A stretch of DNA of 64,000 nt from Octopus sinensis (Eukaryota). Each line of letters opens with the position of its first letter. The stretch's first letter is position 1. The DNA is taken from the NCBI RefSeq assembly GCF_006345805.1, contig NC_043005.1:27652001-27716000 (forward strand). Reading direction: 5' to 3'. The notes under the pieces were generated by a model. That model was not told where the DNA came from, made no database searches, and saw nothing but the letters and a program-made list of their open reading frames with translations. The position numbers and the translations under genes were made by a program. Below, piece by piece: positions 51,446 to 62,726 of the stretch.

Positions 51446-51995
51446 ATAGTTATTTTATATTGAAGAGAATTATTTATACTGAAAGGGAAGTGGTATTAGA
51501 TTATTAACCTTATCTTTTCTGGAGCTTTTCATTTGTAAAAACCAATATTTTTACCTACTTTAGTGTGTCCATTCATCATTTACATTGCCAGTATTCAAAC
51601 ACACATACTAATGTTTTTATTTCATGCAAGGTTCTTAAACTTTTACCCATAAGACTAGTCACACACAAATAATACAAATGTTTATCAATTTAAGAAGTGC
51701 TTAGCCTTTTTTATGATCCTACTTCTAACAACAACAACAACAACAACAACAGACTGAATAGTGTGTTTCAATAAGACTTCAGAATAGTTAAGAATCTGGA
51801 GGAGATTTTGTTAAAATGGTTGATACAATATTTATCATTTGTTTACAGTTAACTGGTGTTTGGGACCCCACAAAAAGTAAATGTTTCTAGCAAATCAAAT
51901 CTCATTTCATTATTCATATAGAAATGTTATGATAATGTTATTCATATAATTGTGACATTTCCACCAATGTTTTTAAATAAATATGAATATTTTAA

Positions 51996-52199
51996 CCCTT
52001 TTGACACTATATTGCCTGGGACTGTCTATGATTCAGTGATATAAACTTTCTGCTTTTAAATAATTTAAATTAAAACCTTTTTTAGAATTTCATGTTAATT
52101 TTGTTTAATGACTAAGTTATTTTATTAACTTACTCATTATTTACAAAATTAATTGAAACAAAGGCAGTGTTGTTCAGCAGAAATATGGTAATAAAAGGG
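51996..52199. mobile_element. piggyBac-type MITE
   Basis: TTAA|CCCTTTT...AAAAGGG|TTAA. Confidence 0.88.
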
Positions 52200-54992
52200 T
52201 TAACATAAATGGTCTTAGACAAGGTTGTCTACTTAGGGCCAGATATCTTTGTTGTTGCGCAGCCCCAGGTTAACTCTGACCAAACAAAATAGAAGGTGCT
52301 CCACTTGTCATCAGTGCAGTTTTTTCGAGATGGGACGGTGTGAATTGGGGGAGCTTTGACTTGTATATTTAACAGGCCAGGGATCACAAATGTTTGGAGG
52401 CCAATACATATCAATAGTAATGCTGGGTCTGGAAGTGACTGATATATTTGTTGGGTTTTGAAAACTATAAACTGAGCCAGGAAAGATGAGGTTAACAGTT
52501 GAAACCATTGTTCCATCAGTGTTTGTTAAATTATCGCCATTTCTATCTCTTCTCTTTGTTCCTAGTCAAGTTGTCAGTCAGACATTTCAACAGTATTTCC
52601 GTCCAAACTTCACAAACTTTAATCACTACAACTTTCTCAATTCCAGGTTTGATTTAAAACATAAATCTTCCCAGAAACATATTGCAAATACCTGGCTTGT
52701 TTGTCAGTGAAAGGAAAGAAATGACATGTGAAGTGATGATATTCATGCCTTTCTAAATGGTATTAAAATGTAAGAGAATGGTTGCGACATAAGATTTTAT
52801 TGTCTGTCCAAATTTATGACAATTTCAGGAAGGAGATTTAGTGCTAAGGGGATGTCTTTGTAGTTTGTTTCAATAATAATACAGATTTCTTACCTTGGTA
52901 CAAGATTCCAAATTTGTAGAGGAAAGAGTTTTAGTCAATTAAATCAGTCTCAGAAGGATGAAGATAAAGTTGACCTCCAGCAGGACCGAAACTGTTGATG
53001 CTACTAAATACTATAAGCTATTTAACCTATTGCTACTGCTACATCATCTAATAACGATTGACCAATGCTTTACCACTTACTCCATGGATAGCAGTTCAAT
53101 CCTTACTTCTGCTGTGGCTGCTGACCTTCTTTTATCTTTAGCTTGTTTCAGTCATTGGACTGCAGCCTTGCTGGGTTGAAGGGTTTTAGTTGAATAAATC
53201 AACCCTGATACTTGTGTCTTTTGTTTGAAGTTTGGTACTTATTCTCTCAGTCTCTTTTGCCAAACCACTAAGTTATGGGGATGTAAACAAACCAATACTG
53301 GTTGTCAAGTAGTGATGTGGGGGTGGATGAGCGACAAACACAGGTACAAAGATGGGTAAATAATTTTGTTAGCTAGGAAGCGACTGAGACAAACTACCAG
53401 GTACCACTCTTATTTCATAGTTGAGCACTTAGCAGTCGGTGGTGGATACATCCTAATGTTAAGACCCTTGATTAGTTCTTAATTGTTCTGATGTGGTAGA
53501 AAGAATCATTCTACTTATGCTGTTTATATAAAGTGCCTTTTAAAAAAAGTGAGAGAAGCATGAATGTCACCAAATCTTGTCAGCACTCCTACACAAAGCT
53601 AGCACATCCATGTTAGAAAACTATAATATAAGAAAAAAAATACATCATTAAAGAACAAATAAAATATGTAACATAAAAATGTGTAAAAATTTTATTTCTC
53701 TGCAATAATTAACAATTTAATGGTTTTAAAAAGCACTCATTACACTCTCGGAGTGGTTGGCTAACATTGCTACATCTGCCACATTCAAAGCCTATCTTTT
53801 CTGGCAGTTTGCCTGTGATCCTTTGTATTGCTGTGATTAAGAAATTTGTTTTCTGGTCACATGGTTTCGAGTTCAATCACCCTGCGTGGCACCTTGGGCA
53901 AAGTGTCTTCCACTACAGCCCCACGCTGGCCAAAGTTTTATGAGTGAATCTAGGAGACAGAAACTGAAAGATGCCCATCAAGTGTGTGTGCATGCGTGCC
54001 TCTTTGACTTGACATTACATGAAAGCTGTAAATGAGTGTCACTGTTATACAAGTGGTGTCATTCATTTACAGTCTTCTATGAAAATCTGTCATGGAGAAC
54101 TTTTACTTTGCTTAAAAACAAGCGAGAGCAACATGAAGAGCATCCAGCTGGAGGAAATCCACCTCACTGAATTCTGTCTGACTCATGCCAGCACAGAAAA
54201 GGGGACATCATGATGATGATGAATACTAGACAGGTTACGGTTGATGTAATAGTCACAGAACAGACAAACAAAAACAAGAGATTGTAGTTTTTCTTCTTTT
54301 TTTTTTATTATTTTATTCAATTTCAACTTGAAACAATAAAATAGCAACAACAGAAATTATAATCTAATACTCAGAATATAATTTCTTCAAAACCATTGGT
54401 ATCTCCTTTTGTTCTATAATAAATAAATAAATATAAATAATAAGAATACATAACAAACAATGGAAGTTCTTTTTTGTTCTGGAATTGATTGGAACACAGT
54501 GAAAGAATATTATTTTAAATAGTTTTAAAACATAGTTTGGTGTTTGTTGTATAGACTACTGGATTGTTTTTGATCTAGTTTCTTCCTGGTGACAGTCAAT
54601 TCTTTGGTTGGTCGATTCCAATGAGAAATGGTGAAATAAATAGATTTCCTCCTCCAAACTGGACAGACTGGTGGATGATGTGAGTTAAAAAATTTTGGCA
54701 ATAATGGGTGGTAGACTAAGATGGAACCTGGAATAAAAGAGAGACGCTGTTTTGGAGTGATGAATGCCACAAAACAAATGGTACAAGAGATCAAGGAATA
54801 TTCTTCCAAAGCAAACACTTTTGACAATGGTGAGACTGATGGCACTACCCTTACCACCCACATCATATCATTCATTACCAGCAGCAGCGACGTCAGATTA
54901 GTGGAGCAACATAATCCGTATAATCAGTGTTAATTTTACTTTTTTCCAAAAAGGAAAGGCTGTGCCTGCCGAACAAGGACAGACTGAGAGTA

Positions 54993-55040
54993 TTAAGGGC
55001 CCTCGGGCAGTGCCCAATTGACCGACAGCTCAGTCCGTCT
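54993..55040 (-). CDS. Putative terminal coding exon of an unidentified minus-strand gene
   Basis: Pyrimidine-rich ...cctttggcaacag| acceptor; RRTELSVNWALPEGP*; followed by an AT-rich 3' UTR-like tract with AATAAA (plus-strand 54312-54317). No homology recognised. Confidence 0.4.
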   Translation of the reverse strand, partial: RRTELSVNWALPEGP

Positions 55041-56352
55041 CTGTTGCCAAAGGACAACAAGAGAATCAAATGGATTTGACAAATAATAAGATGAGTGAAT
55101 CAAATAAATTGATCAATGTGCTTGGATGATGAGGCAGGCAAATCAAATATGCTTAGATGAGGGAGTGGATTAATGAGGTGGGCTGGATAATAACATGAGT
55201 GAATGAAATTATCTTCAATGACAGGAAGAATAAATATAATGGTCTTAAATGACAGAGGTTTATACTGTTACTATCCATAAAGAATTTGATAACTGGAGGG
55301 TTATAGTCTGTCAGTGCTTCGTAGAGTAACAGTTAAATGAGGAGTTTAAAAGAAACCTTTTGCCTTTCTCCAGACTTAGCAGCTTAAAGGAGTAATAAAA
55401 TTTGCTGTACAAACATAAGGAAGCTAAAATTTAATTATAAAAACATCTCAGCCCAACAAGAGGTTCATCATCATCATCATCATTTAATGTCTGTTGTCCA
55501 TGAGTTGGATAGTTTTATCAGAGCTAACAAGCTGGAGAGCTGCACCAGACTCCAGTCTGACTTGACATGGTCTCTATGGCTGGATGTCCTTCTTTAATGC
55601 CAACCACTTTACAGAGTGTGCATTGGTTTGGTCATGCAATGTGGATGGATGTTGACAGCTCCATAAAGAAGTGTCAATCTCTCCTCCAAGTACATGGAAC
55701 ATGTGGAAGTGGAAAACCCAAGAAGACATGGGATAAAGTACTGAAGAACAGCCTCAGGATGCTGAACCTTTCAGGCGAGATAACAAAGGACCAAGATGCC
55801 TGGTGCCTTGCTGTGCTGAAGAAGCCCCGTGCTCCACAGCAGAAGTGTTAAGACCAGTTCCCCACTGGTGGAGAGGTTTGGCCCGCAAGAGTCCTGTGCA
55901 TGTGCCATGTATATTGTTTCATTGTTAGTTTTTATTAACCTACAAACAAATATTTTATTTCAAATATTTACATGTGCATATATGGGGTCCTCAGATGATA
56001 AGATAACTCTCAGGAGGTCTTCAAACAAAATAAGGTCAGGAACCCCTATGTTAAATGTTCCAACAGATAAACCGTGTTAACATGGAACTTATTCGATATT
56101 CATCATTGTTTTTACATCTGCTTTTCCATGTTGGCATGGGTTAGAGTGGGTGTTTTATGACAACAGCATTTTCTGAGGTCACCCTTTTTGGTTGCCTCTT
56201 TACAACAAGCAGGGAAATAGTGAACCTACTCCAAAAAGTGGGGCAGATACAGTATTCAGAATAGACATGGAATTCAGCAAACCCATGGGATCTCAAGAAA
56301 TAACAGACTGAAAACAACTATTTTGAAGACAATGGAAAAGTAGACGACTCAC

Positions 56353-56428
56353 TTCTGGTTCTTTGGCAGATTTAGAACAATTCCTTAGAGAACATCCTTC
56401 GATTTGAAACGGTAACCTGTTGACATTG
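56353..56428 (-). CDS. Putative internal exon of the unidentified minus-strand gene
   Basis: ctgtcttcatttcag|...|gtgagt; 76 nt, (S)NVNRLPFQIEGCSLRNCSKSAKEPE, phase 2 in and 0 out, compatible with both neighbours. Confidence 0.45.
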
Positions 56429-56459
56429 CTGAAATGAAGACAGGCATACAGAACAGATA

Positions 56460-56706
56460 TTATTGTTGTAGTAGTAGTAGTGATGGTGGTAGTGGTAGTA
56501 GGTATTGTTGTTGGTTGTAGTGGTAGTAGTGTTGTTGTTGGTGTTAGTAGTAGTAGTGTTGTTGTTGTTGGTGGTAGTAGTAGTAGTGTTGTTGGTAGTA
56601 GTAGTAGTAGTAGTGTGTTGTTGGTAGTAGTAGTAGTAGTAGTGTTGTTGGTGGTAGTAGTAGTAGTGTTGTTGGTGGTAGTAGTAGTTATGATGGTGGT
56701 GGTAGT
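56460..56706. repeat. Compound (TAG/TGG/TTG)n triplet repeat
   Basis: Direct reading. Confidence 0.95.
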
Positions 56707-57584
56707 TGATGAGCTAGCTTTCTTTATTGGCATTAATTTGTGGACATAAGAGTTGTATTATCATACATATTTGTGCAACAAAGGATGCAGAATTTCCCGT
56801 AGAGTGAAATTAATACAAATGAGATAGGTTGCAAAATGGACAAGAATCTGATGGAAGTTATGTGGCAAATGAGTATATATATTCACCTCTTTATACCTCT
56901 TCAATTTGTTTGAGTGAGAGAGAGGAGCTTCTTTTCGGGTCTTGTCTACCTAATCCATTCCCAAAACTTTAGACCCTTGCCCAAGGACTGAACCACAAAC
57001 TTGGTGGTTGGAAAGCAAACTTCTTAATCAAACAGCCATGCCTGTACCTTCAATCTCGCAGTTCAAAGCCTTATATGAGGTCAATCAAATGGCATTTTAT
57101 AGCCATTTAGATTTCATAGCAGTTGAATGGAAATTGAGAGGCCATTAAAAGACTCAGTCAGTTGAGTGTACCTATACATGGTTGTTTGAACTGCTAGGAA
57201 AAGCAGCCAAGTAGCCCTCAAATTTCACCCTGTTAGCTAATGTAAGGAGACAATATATTGGATGATGTAGAACAAGAAACTTCTAAAAAGAACGATGGAA
57301 TGCATTTGATCTTCGGTCTTCTCAATCAGGAATGATCTGGAACTAAACAATGTCAAAATGCTAAATAGGGTCCTTTTATTCTTTTATTTGTTTCAGTCAT
57401 TTGACTGTGGCCATGCTGGAGCACCATCCTTTAGTCGAACAAATCAACCCCAGGACTTATTCTATTGGTTTCTTTTGAGACTGCTAAGTTACAGGGACGT
57501 AAACACACCAACACTAGTTGTCAAGCGATGGTGGTGGAACACAGATGCACAAACATATACATACATACATATATATAAATATAT

Positions 57585-57615
<31 letters not shown>

Positions 57616-57820
57616 GACGGGCTTCTTTCAGTTTCCGTCTACCAAATCCACTCACAAGGTTTTGGTCAGTCCGAGGCTATAGTAAAAGACACTTGCCTAA
57701 GGTGCCACACAGTGGGACTGAACCTGGAACTATCAGGGCGGTAAGTAAGCTACTTACCACACAGCCACTCAGCAGACTTGGTAAAATCAAGACGGAATAG
57801 TATCATAAAAAAAAAAACAT

Positions 57821-58383
57821 ACAGTTCTAGATTTAAGAGATGAGGAATTATTTACATTTGACGGATATTTATCCTCATCTTTGTTGTTAATACAATGTTT
57901 TGGCTGATATACCCTCTTGGGGAAATTTCGAACCTGGGTTCTCATTCCTAAGGCATTCTTCAATGTTATTATTATTACTATTCAGGTCACTGCCTGGAAT
58001 TGAACTTGGAATCTTGAGGTTAGTAGCCTGCGCTCTTAACCACTACGCCATATTCCAGTGGGCAATTATGGAGTGAATTTTAGGGCTTATAAATCTAATA
58101 TGGGAACCAATATTAAGGAAGGATAGGAAAATATTAGATTTATAAGCCCTAAAATTCACTCCATGATTGTCCATGGGCATATGGCATAGTGGTTAAGAGT
58201 GCGGCCTACTAACCCCAAGTTTCCAAGTTCAATTCCAGGCAGTGACCTGAATAGTAATAATAATAACATTGAAGAATGCCTTAGGAATGAGAACCCAGGT
58301 TCGAAATTTCCCCAAGACACCTGATGAAAGCTGGAGGGTATACAACAAACATGATGAGGACAAATATCCATCAAATGTAAATA
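57821..58383. mobile_element. Most complete family-1 palindrome (both tRNA heads and the central loop; both HHRs partly deleted)
   Basis: Inverted arms 57821-58101 and 58131-58383, loop 58102-58130; A-box TGGCATAGTGG 58182-92; B-box AGTTCAATTCC 58226-36. Confidence 0.82.
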
Positions 58384-58447
58384 GTATAAAAAAAACCCAT
58401 TCTCACATACACACAAAGAAAACTAGTGATGATATAAGTAAACTTAC

Positions 58448-58508
58448 CTGAAAGGTAAATTTACAAAACTTTGGAAGGTAGCAGCTTTAGCTATTGAACA
58501 TCTATAAT
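58448..58508 (-). CDS. Putative internal exon of the unidentified minus-strand gene
   Basis: ccatttaaag|...ttcag|gtaagt; 61 nt, YRCSIAKAATFQSFVNLPF, phase 1 in and 2 out. Confidence 0.45.
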
Positions 58509-58956
58509 CTTTAAATGGAACAACAGTTAGATAGACTTTAACAAACAAACAAAGATGTTTTTCAACAGAAGATAGGCTGAAATATGAAACCTATTTAAGG
58601 ATTGTAAATGAAATATTGTGATGAGATTATTGGAATGCAATTTCAGAACACAAATATGATGAAAACTGTTTTCACATCCTATCTATCTCTTTATGGATGC
58701 ATTCACGCGCACAGACGCGTGCATGCAGCTGACACTCTTTAACTACAGATGACATTTGTCCTCTGGGCAGCAACTTTTCTTCCCCTCACAGAACTTTTTC
58801 GACATTGTTTTATCCCAGTTGTTTTTATCGTCAGCAAGCAAACCAGGGCTGTATATATTTCCCTCCAGCATGAAAGATACTATGTGCTTGCAGCCAGCAT
58901 GCCTGTAGTATTCTCAATATTCCCAAGTGCAATCACCATTGTGCACATATCATTAA

Positions 58957-59427
58957 CCTCTTCGTTATTGTATTTATTTTGAGATGCTCTGTTTTTTTTT
59001 CAATTAATTTTAAATATAACAAAGAATTTACTAAAATAATTTAGTTATCATTCAGCTAGTGTTAGGAACATAAATTGTGAATAAGGTTTGGTGGAAGAAT
59101 TTAATTCAAAACTTATGCAAACAAGACATTTGTAATACAGAACCAGAGCCTGTTTCAGCCAGGTTGGTATCAAAACAGTTAAGAATTGTTTCTCTATTAT
59201 ATATTTTAACCCTTTTCTTACCATATTTCTGTTGAGATGCCCTTTTCTTTCAATTACTTTAAGTATAACAAAGAATTTAGTAAAATAACTTAGTTATCAT
59301 TAAGCTAGTGTTAGGAACATAAATTGTGACTAAGGTTTGGTGGAAGATTTTAATTCAAAACTTATGAAAACAAGATATTTATACTAAAGAGCCGGAGCCA
59401 GTTTCAGCCGGGTTGGTAACAAAAGAG
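58957..59427. mobile_element. Two adjacent piggyBac-type MITEs (58957-59178; 59210-59427)
   Basis: Each is flanked by TTAA; CCC(T)...(A)G ends. Confidence 0.85.
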
Positions 59428-59541
59428 TTAACATTCTAACTAGTAATATGCCATAACCAGAATATTCTGCTTAACAATATAAATACACACACACATACAC
59501 ACATATATATACATTTATTCCATGCTAATGTGGATTGATGA

Positions 59542-59870
59542 GAAGGCACATGGCTCAGTGGTTAGAGCATCGGGCTTATGATCGTGAGGTTGTGAGTTCG
59601 ATTCCCGGACTGGGCTGCATGTAGTTATTTTGAGCAAGACACTTTATTTCACATCGCTCCAGTTCACTCAACTGTAGAAATGAGTTGCGACGTCACAGGT
59701 GCCAAGCTGTATCGGCCCCTTTGCCTTTCCCTTGGATAACATCAGTGGTGTGGAGAGGGGAGGCTGGTATGCATAGGCGACTGCTGGCCTTCTACAAACA
59801 ACCATGCCTGGACTTGTCCCTAGGAGGGTAACTTTCTAGGTGCAATCCCATGGTCATTCATGACCGAAGG
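59542..59870 (+). mobile_element. tRNA-derived SINE (second copy 35434-35750)
   Basis: TGGCTCAGTGG, GAGTTCGATTCC; the two copies share the body. Confidence 0.85.
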
Positions 59871-60099
59871 GGGAGGGGGTCTCCTCCATGGATTGGTATA
59901 TAGGACTAAACCCACTGTCCCTCTCACACTCGTTCTGCTATGCTGACATGGGTTGGCAAGTTATCAGCCATTATATATAGTCCTCCATCGCCATCTTCAT
60001 GTATGTGTTGAAAAACAAAAATTAAAAACCAAGAACAAAAAAGGAAAAAAATTAGCAAAAATAGAACAAAATTGAAACAATAGTAACAACAAAACTTAC

Positions 60100-60265
60100 T
60101 AGAATTGGTTTTGGTGAACTGTTGTGAAGTTGAATGAGGTAAAATTCTCCACGATACTTTACGTTTGTGAGGAAATTTTTCATGTGCTGTGCTGTCTCGG
60201 CGCTCAGTTTTCAAATGGTTTCTAGAGATGGTGTTGGATCTGAGACTGTTTACTGCTGGTTTTTT
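60100..60265 (-). CDS. Putative upstream exon of the unidentified minus-strand gene
   Basis: Strong donor TCTA|gtaagt in phase 1; open frame KKPAVNSLRSN...QFTKTNS; acceptor position uncertain. Confidence 0.3.
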
Positions 60266-60659
60266 CTTAAACAAACTATATTTTCGTTTCTTTTTCGGTG
60301 GCATATTTCTGCAGATACATGGCAAGAAAGTGAAGAGATCACAGTAAGTAACACACTTGTGTATAAGACATGTATCATGGAGAAATTACATCAACATATT
60401 CAATACATGCAACATTCATAAATATATATATATATATATATATAATGTGAAATAGAAAGATGAATAATCTTGTAGTAGATTAATCAAAAGTTTAACCGAT
60501 ACCTTAGTAGCAAAAATCACATCAGTAAACAGCACGGTTGGAGGTACAACCATCTGGCGTTGCAACCGTGCGTTGGTGCGGATAATTGAAATTAAAACAT
60601 TATTGGTGAATTGAAGAAATGGAGCTGAACGCAGATTGAACAGAAATCGTTTTATTTCA

Positions 60660-60738
60660 TTCTACACGTGTTTCGAAAGGCACAAATACCAAAATCCGAT
60701 TGAATAATGGGACCATATTGTGTCTTTCTCTTCAGGAA
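60660..60738 (-). ncRNA. Intact type-I hammerhead (family 2), left arm of the palindrome
   Basis: Minus strand UUC-CUGAAGA-GAAAG.A.CACAA...UUGUG.C.CUUUC-GAA-ACACGUGU-A-GAA; GUA triplet; predicted cleavage 3' of 60663 on the minus strand. Confidence 0.85.
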
Positions 60739-62312
60739 GAAAAAAGGAAATCCGCTGGAAAAACAAAAACAGAACAGAGGCGGAGCAAAAGCAAATCGAA
60801 CTATGCTCCTAAGAGCCCATGGCGAAACTGTTTATCAGTGTATGTTGAGAACCGGTGGCTGAAGAATTCAACGGGTCAGGCATCGGTCAATCATGTGGGT
60901 GAGGGTGTATAGATGTTCTTTGTGACCGAGCATAAAGTTCTGACTATTTAAGGAATATTGGATGTTTTATAAGGGGCGAGAAAAAATCTACTTAGAGTCG
61001 TGTGTGTGTGTATACTGTTCTATATATGTGTGTGTTGGCGTAGGGGTAGAAAACATTTTTTTGTGTACGTGTGTGCGTTTGATCGTTCGGCTGTCAGTGG
61101 CTACTGCCGTGATAACCGTTGGGTGGCAGAAAGAAAAAATATATATATATATTATGTTTTATGTGTGTGTGTGTTCATCTAAGCCTGCCTTGTCAAAGAA
61201 ACCCCCCGCTGTGAAAAAACCAAGCCCCGTTTGTCTTACAGGAGTAATTCCCCTTGCAGTGGTTAATCGTAGATATCTTAAAGGCTATTTCAGAATTTGT
61301 TACCAAGGGCTATGGGTGCCGGTATTATTTATAAACGCTATTTAAAAGCCAGATAAGTGTAACGCCGCCAATGGGGGCATCGAAAAGCCGACTGTAAGAG
61401 CCCGTTTACCATCCGGCCTCTGGCAAACAAAATATGGAAGAGTTCGGAGACACAAATCTTAATCTCATTTATATTTGAGCATTTCTTTTGCAGTCCTATA
61501 ATCCCTTTTGTTTCTATTAGAAGAGACAAATATTATTTCTTGTATATTGCAAGGATAATCTGGTGCTTGACTGAGGAAAGAAAACTTTGAACTTTGTGTC
61601 TCCGAACTCTTCCATATTTTGTTTGCCAGAGGCCGGATGGTAAACGGGCTCTTACAGTCGGCTTTTCGATGCCCCCATTGGCGGCGTTACACTTATCTGG
61701 CTTTTAAATAGCGTTTATAAATAATACCGGCACCCATAGCCCTTGGTAACAAATTCTGAAATAGCCTTTAAGATATCTACGATTAACCACTGCAAGGGGA
61801 ATTACTCCTGTAAGACAAACGGGGCTTGGTTTTTTCACAGCGGGGGGTTTCTTTGACAAGGCAGGCTTAGATGAACACACACACACATAAAACATAATAT
61901 ATATATATTTTTTTTTCTTTCTGCCACCCAACGGTTATCACGGCAGTAGCCACTGACAGCCGAACGATCAAATGCACACACGTACACAAAAAATGTTTTC
62001 TACCCCTACGCCAACACACACATATATAGAACAGTATACACACACACACACGTCTCTAAGTAGATTTTTTCTCGCCCCTTATAAAACATCCAATATTCCT
62101 TAAATAGTCAGAACTTTATGCTCGGTCACAAAGAACATCTATACACCCTCACCCACATGATTGACCGATGCCTGACCTGTTGAATTCTTCAGCCACCGGT
62201 TCTCAACATACACTGATAAACAGTTTCGCCATGGGCTCTTAGGAGCATAGTTCGATTTGCTTTTGCTCCGCCTCTGTTCTGTTTTTGTTTTTCCAGCGGA
62301 TTTCCTTTTTTC

Positions 62313-62392
62313 TTCCTGAAGAGAAAGACACAATATGGTCCCATTATTCAATCGGATTTTGGTAATTTGTGCCTTTCGAAACACGTGTAGAA
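62313..62392 (+). ncRNA. Intact type-I hammerhead (family 2), right arm of the palindrome
   Basis: CTGAAGA 62316-62322; helix II GAAAG 62323-27 / CTTTC 62373-77, extended by CACAA/TTGTG; GAAA 62378-81; palindrome ACACGTGT 62381-88; A17 at 62389; helix I TTC/GAA; AATAAA just downstream. Confidence 0.87.
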
Positions 62393-62450
62393 TGAAATAA
62401 AACGATTTCTGTTCAATCTGCATTCAGCTCCATTTCTTCAATTCACCAAT

Positions 62451-62494
<44 letters not shown>

Positions 62495-62726
62495 CAAAAT
62501 GGGACAAGAACGCAAAACATCCGGACAGCTAGGTGATACAAAAAGGGACAAAACATCCAGATAGACGATACAAAGAAAACAAGGACGGGTCATTCAAAGT
62601 TTTCTTTCCTCAGTCAAGCACCAGATTATCCTTGCAATATACAAGAAATAATATTTGTCTCTTCTAATAGAAACAAAAGGGATTATAGGACTGCAAAAGA
62701 AATGCTCAAATATAAATGAGATTAAG

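Larger units (their letters stand above)
60593..62459. repeat. Young 1.87-kb inverted duplication (arms ~865 bp, ~99% identical, 136-bp spacer)
   Basis: 60593-61456 is the reverse complement of 61593-62459, with about 6-8 differences seen. Confidence 0.95.

Noticed and set aside
54525-54875. 116-aa minus-strand ORF as a protein
   Set aside because: No recognisable homology or adjacent acceptor; it falls in the predicted 3' UTR of the tentative minus-strand gene.
58175-58248. Genuine tRNA genes at SINE or family-1 heads (also 12210, 59542)
   Set aside because: A and B boxes are present, but there is no complete cloverleaf with acceptor stem, and each continues into a repeat body.
58790-58902. 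Alternative upstream exon for the minus-strand gene
   Set aside because: It is phase-compatible but has a purine-rich acceptor; the 60100 donor is stronger. It cannot be excluded without RNA data.
60700-61345. ORFs in the palindrome arms as PLE proteins
   Set aside because: No RT or GIY-YIG motifs; the ORFs are short and partly microsatellite-derived.
61571-61592. CTGAGGAAAG...CTTTGAA hammerhead-like motif (inverse at 62593-62614)
   Set aside because: No A15.1/U16.1 pair or helix I can be drawn.
60593-62459. Palindrome as a pure long-read chimera
   Set aside because: The arms differ by CpG-type transitions and the spacer derives from a third site, which favours a real event; read-level confirmation is still needed.
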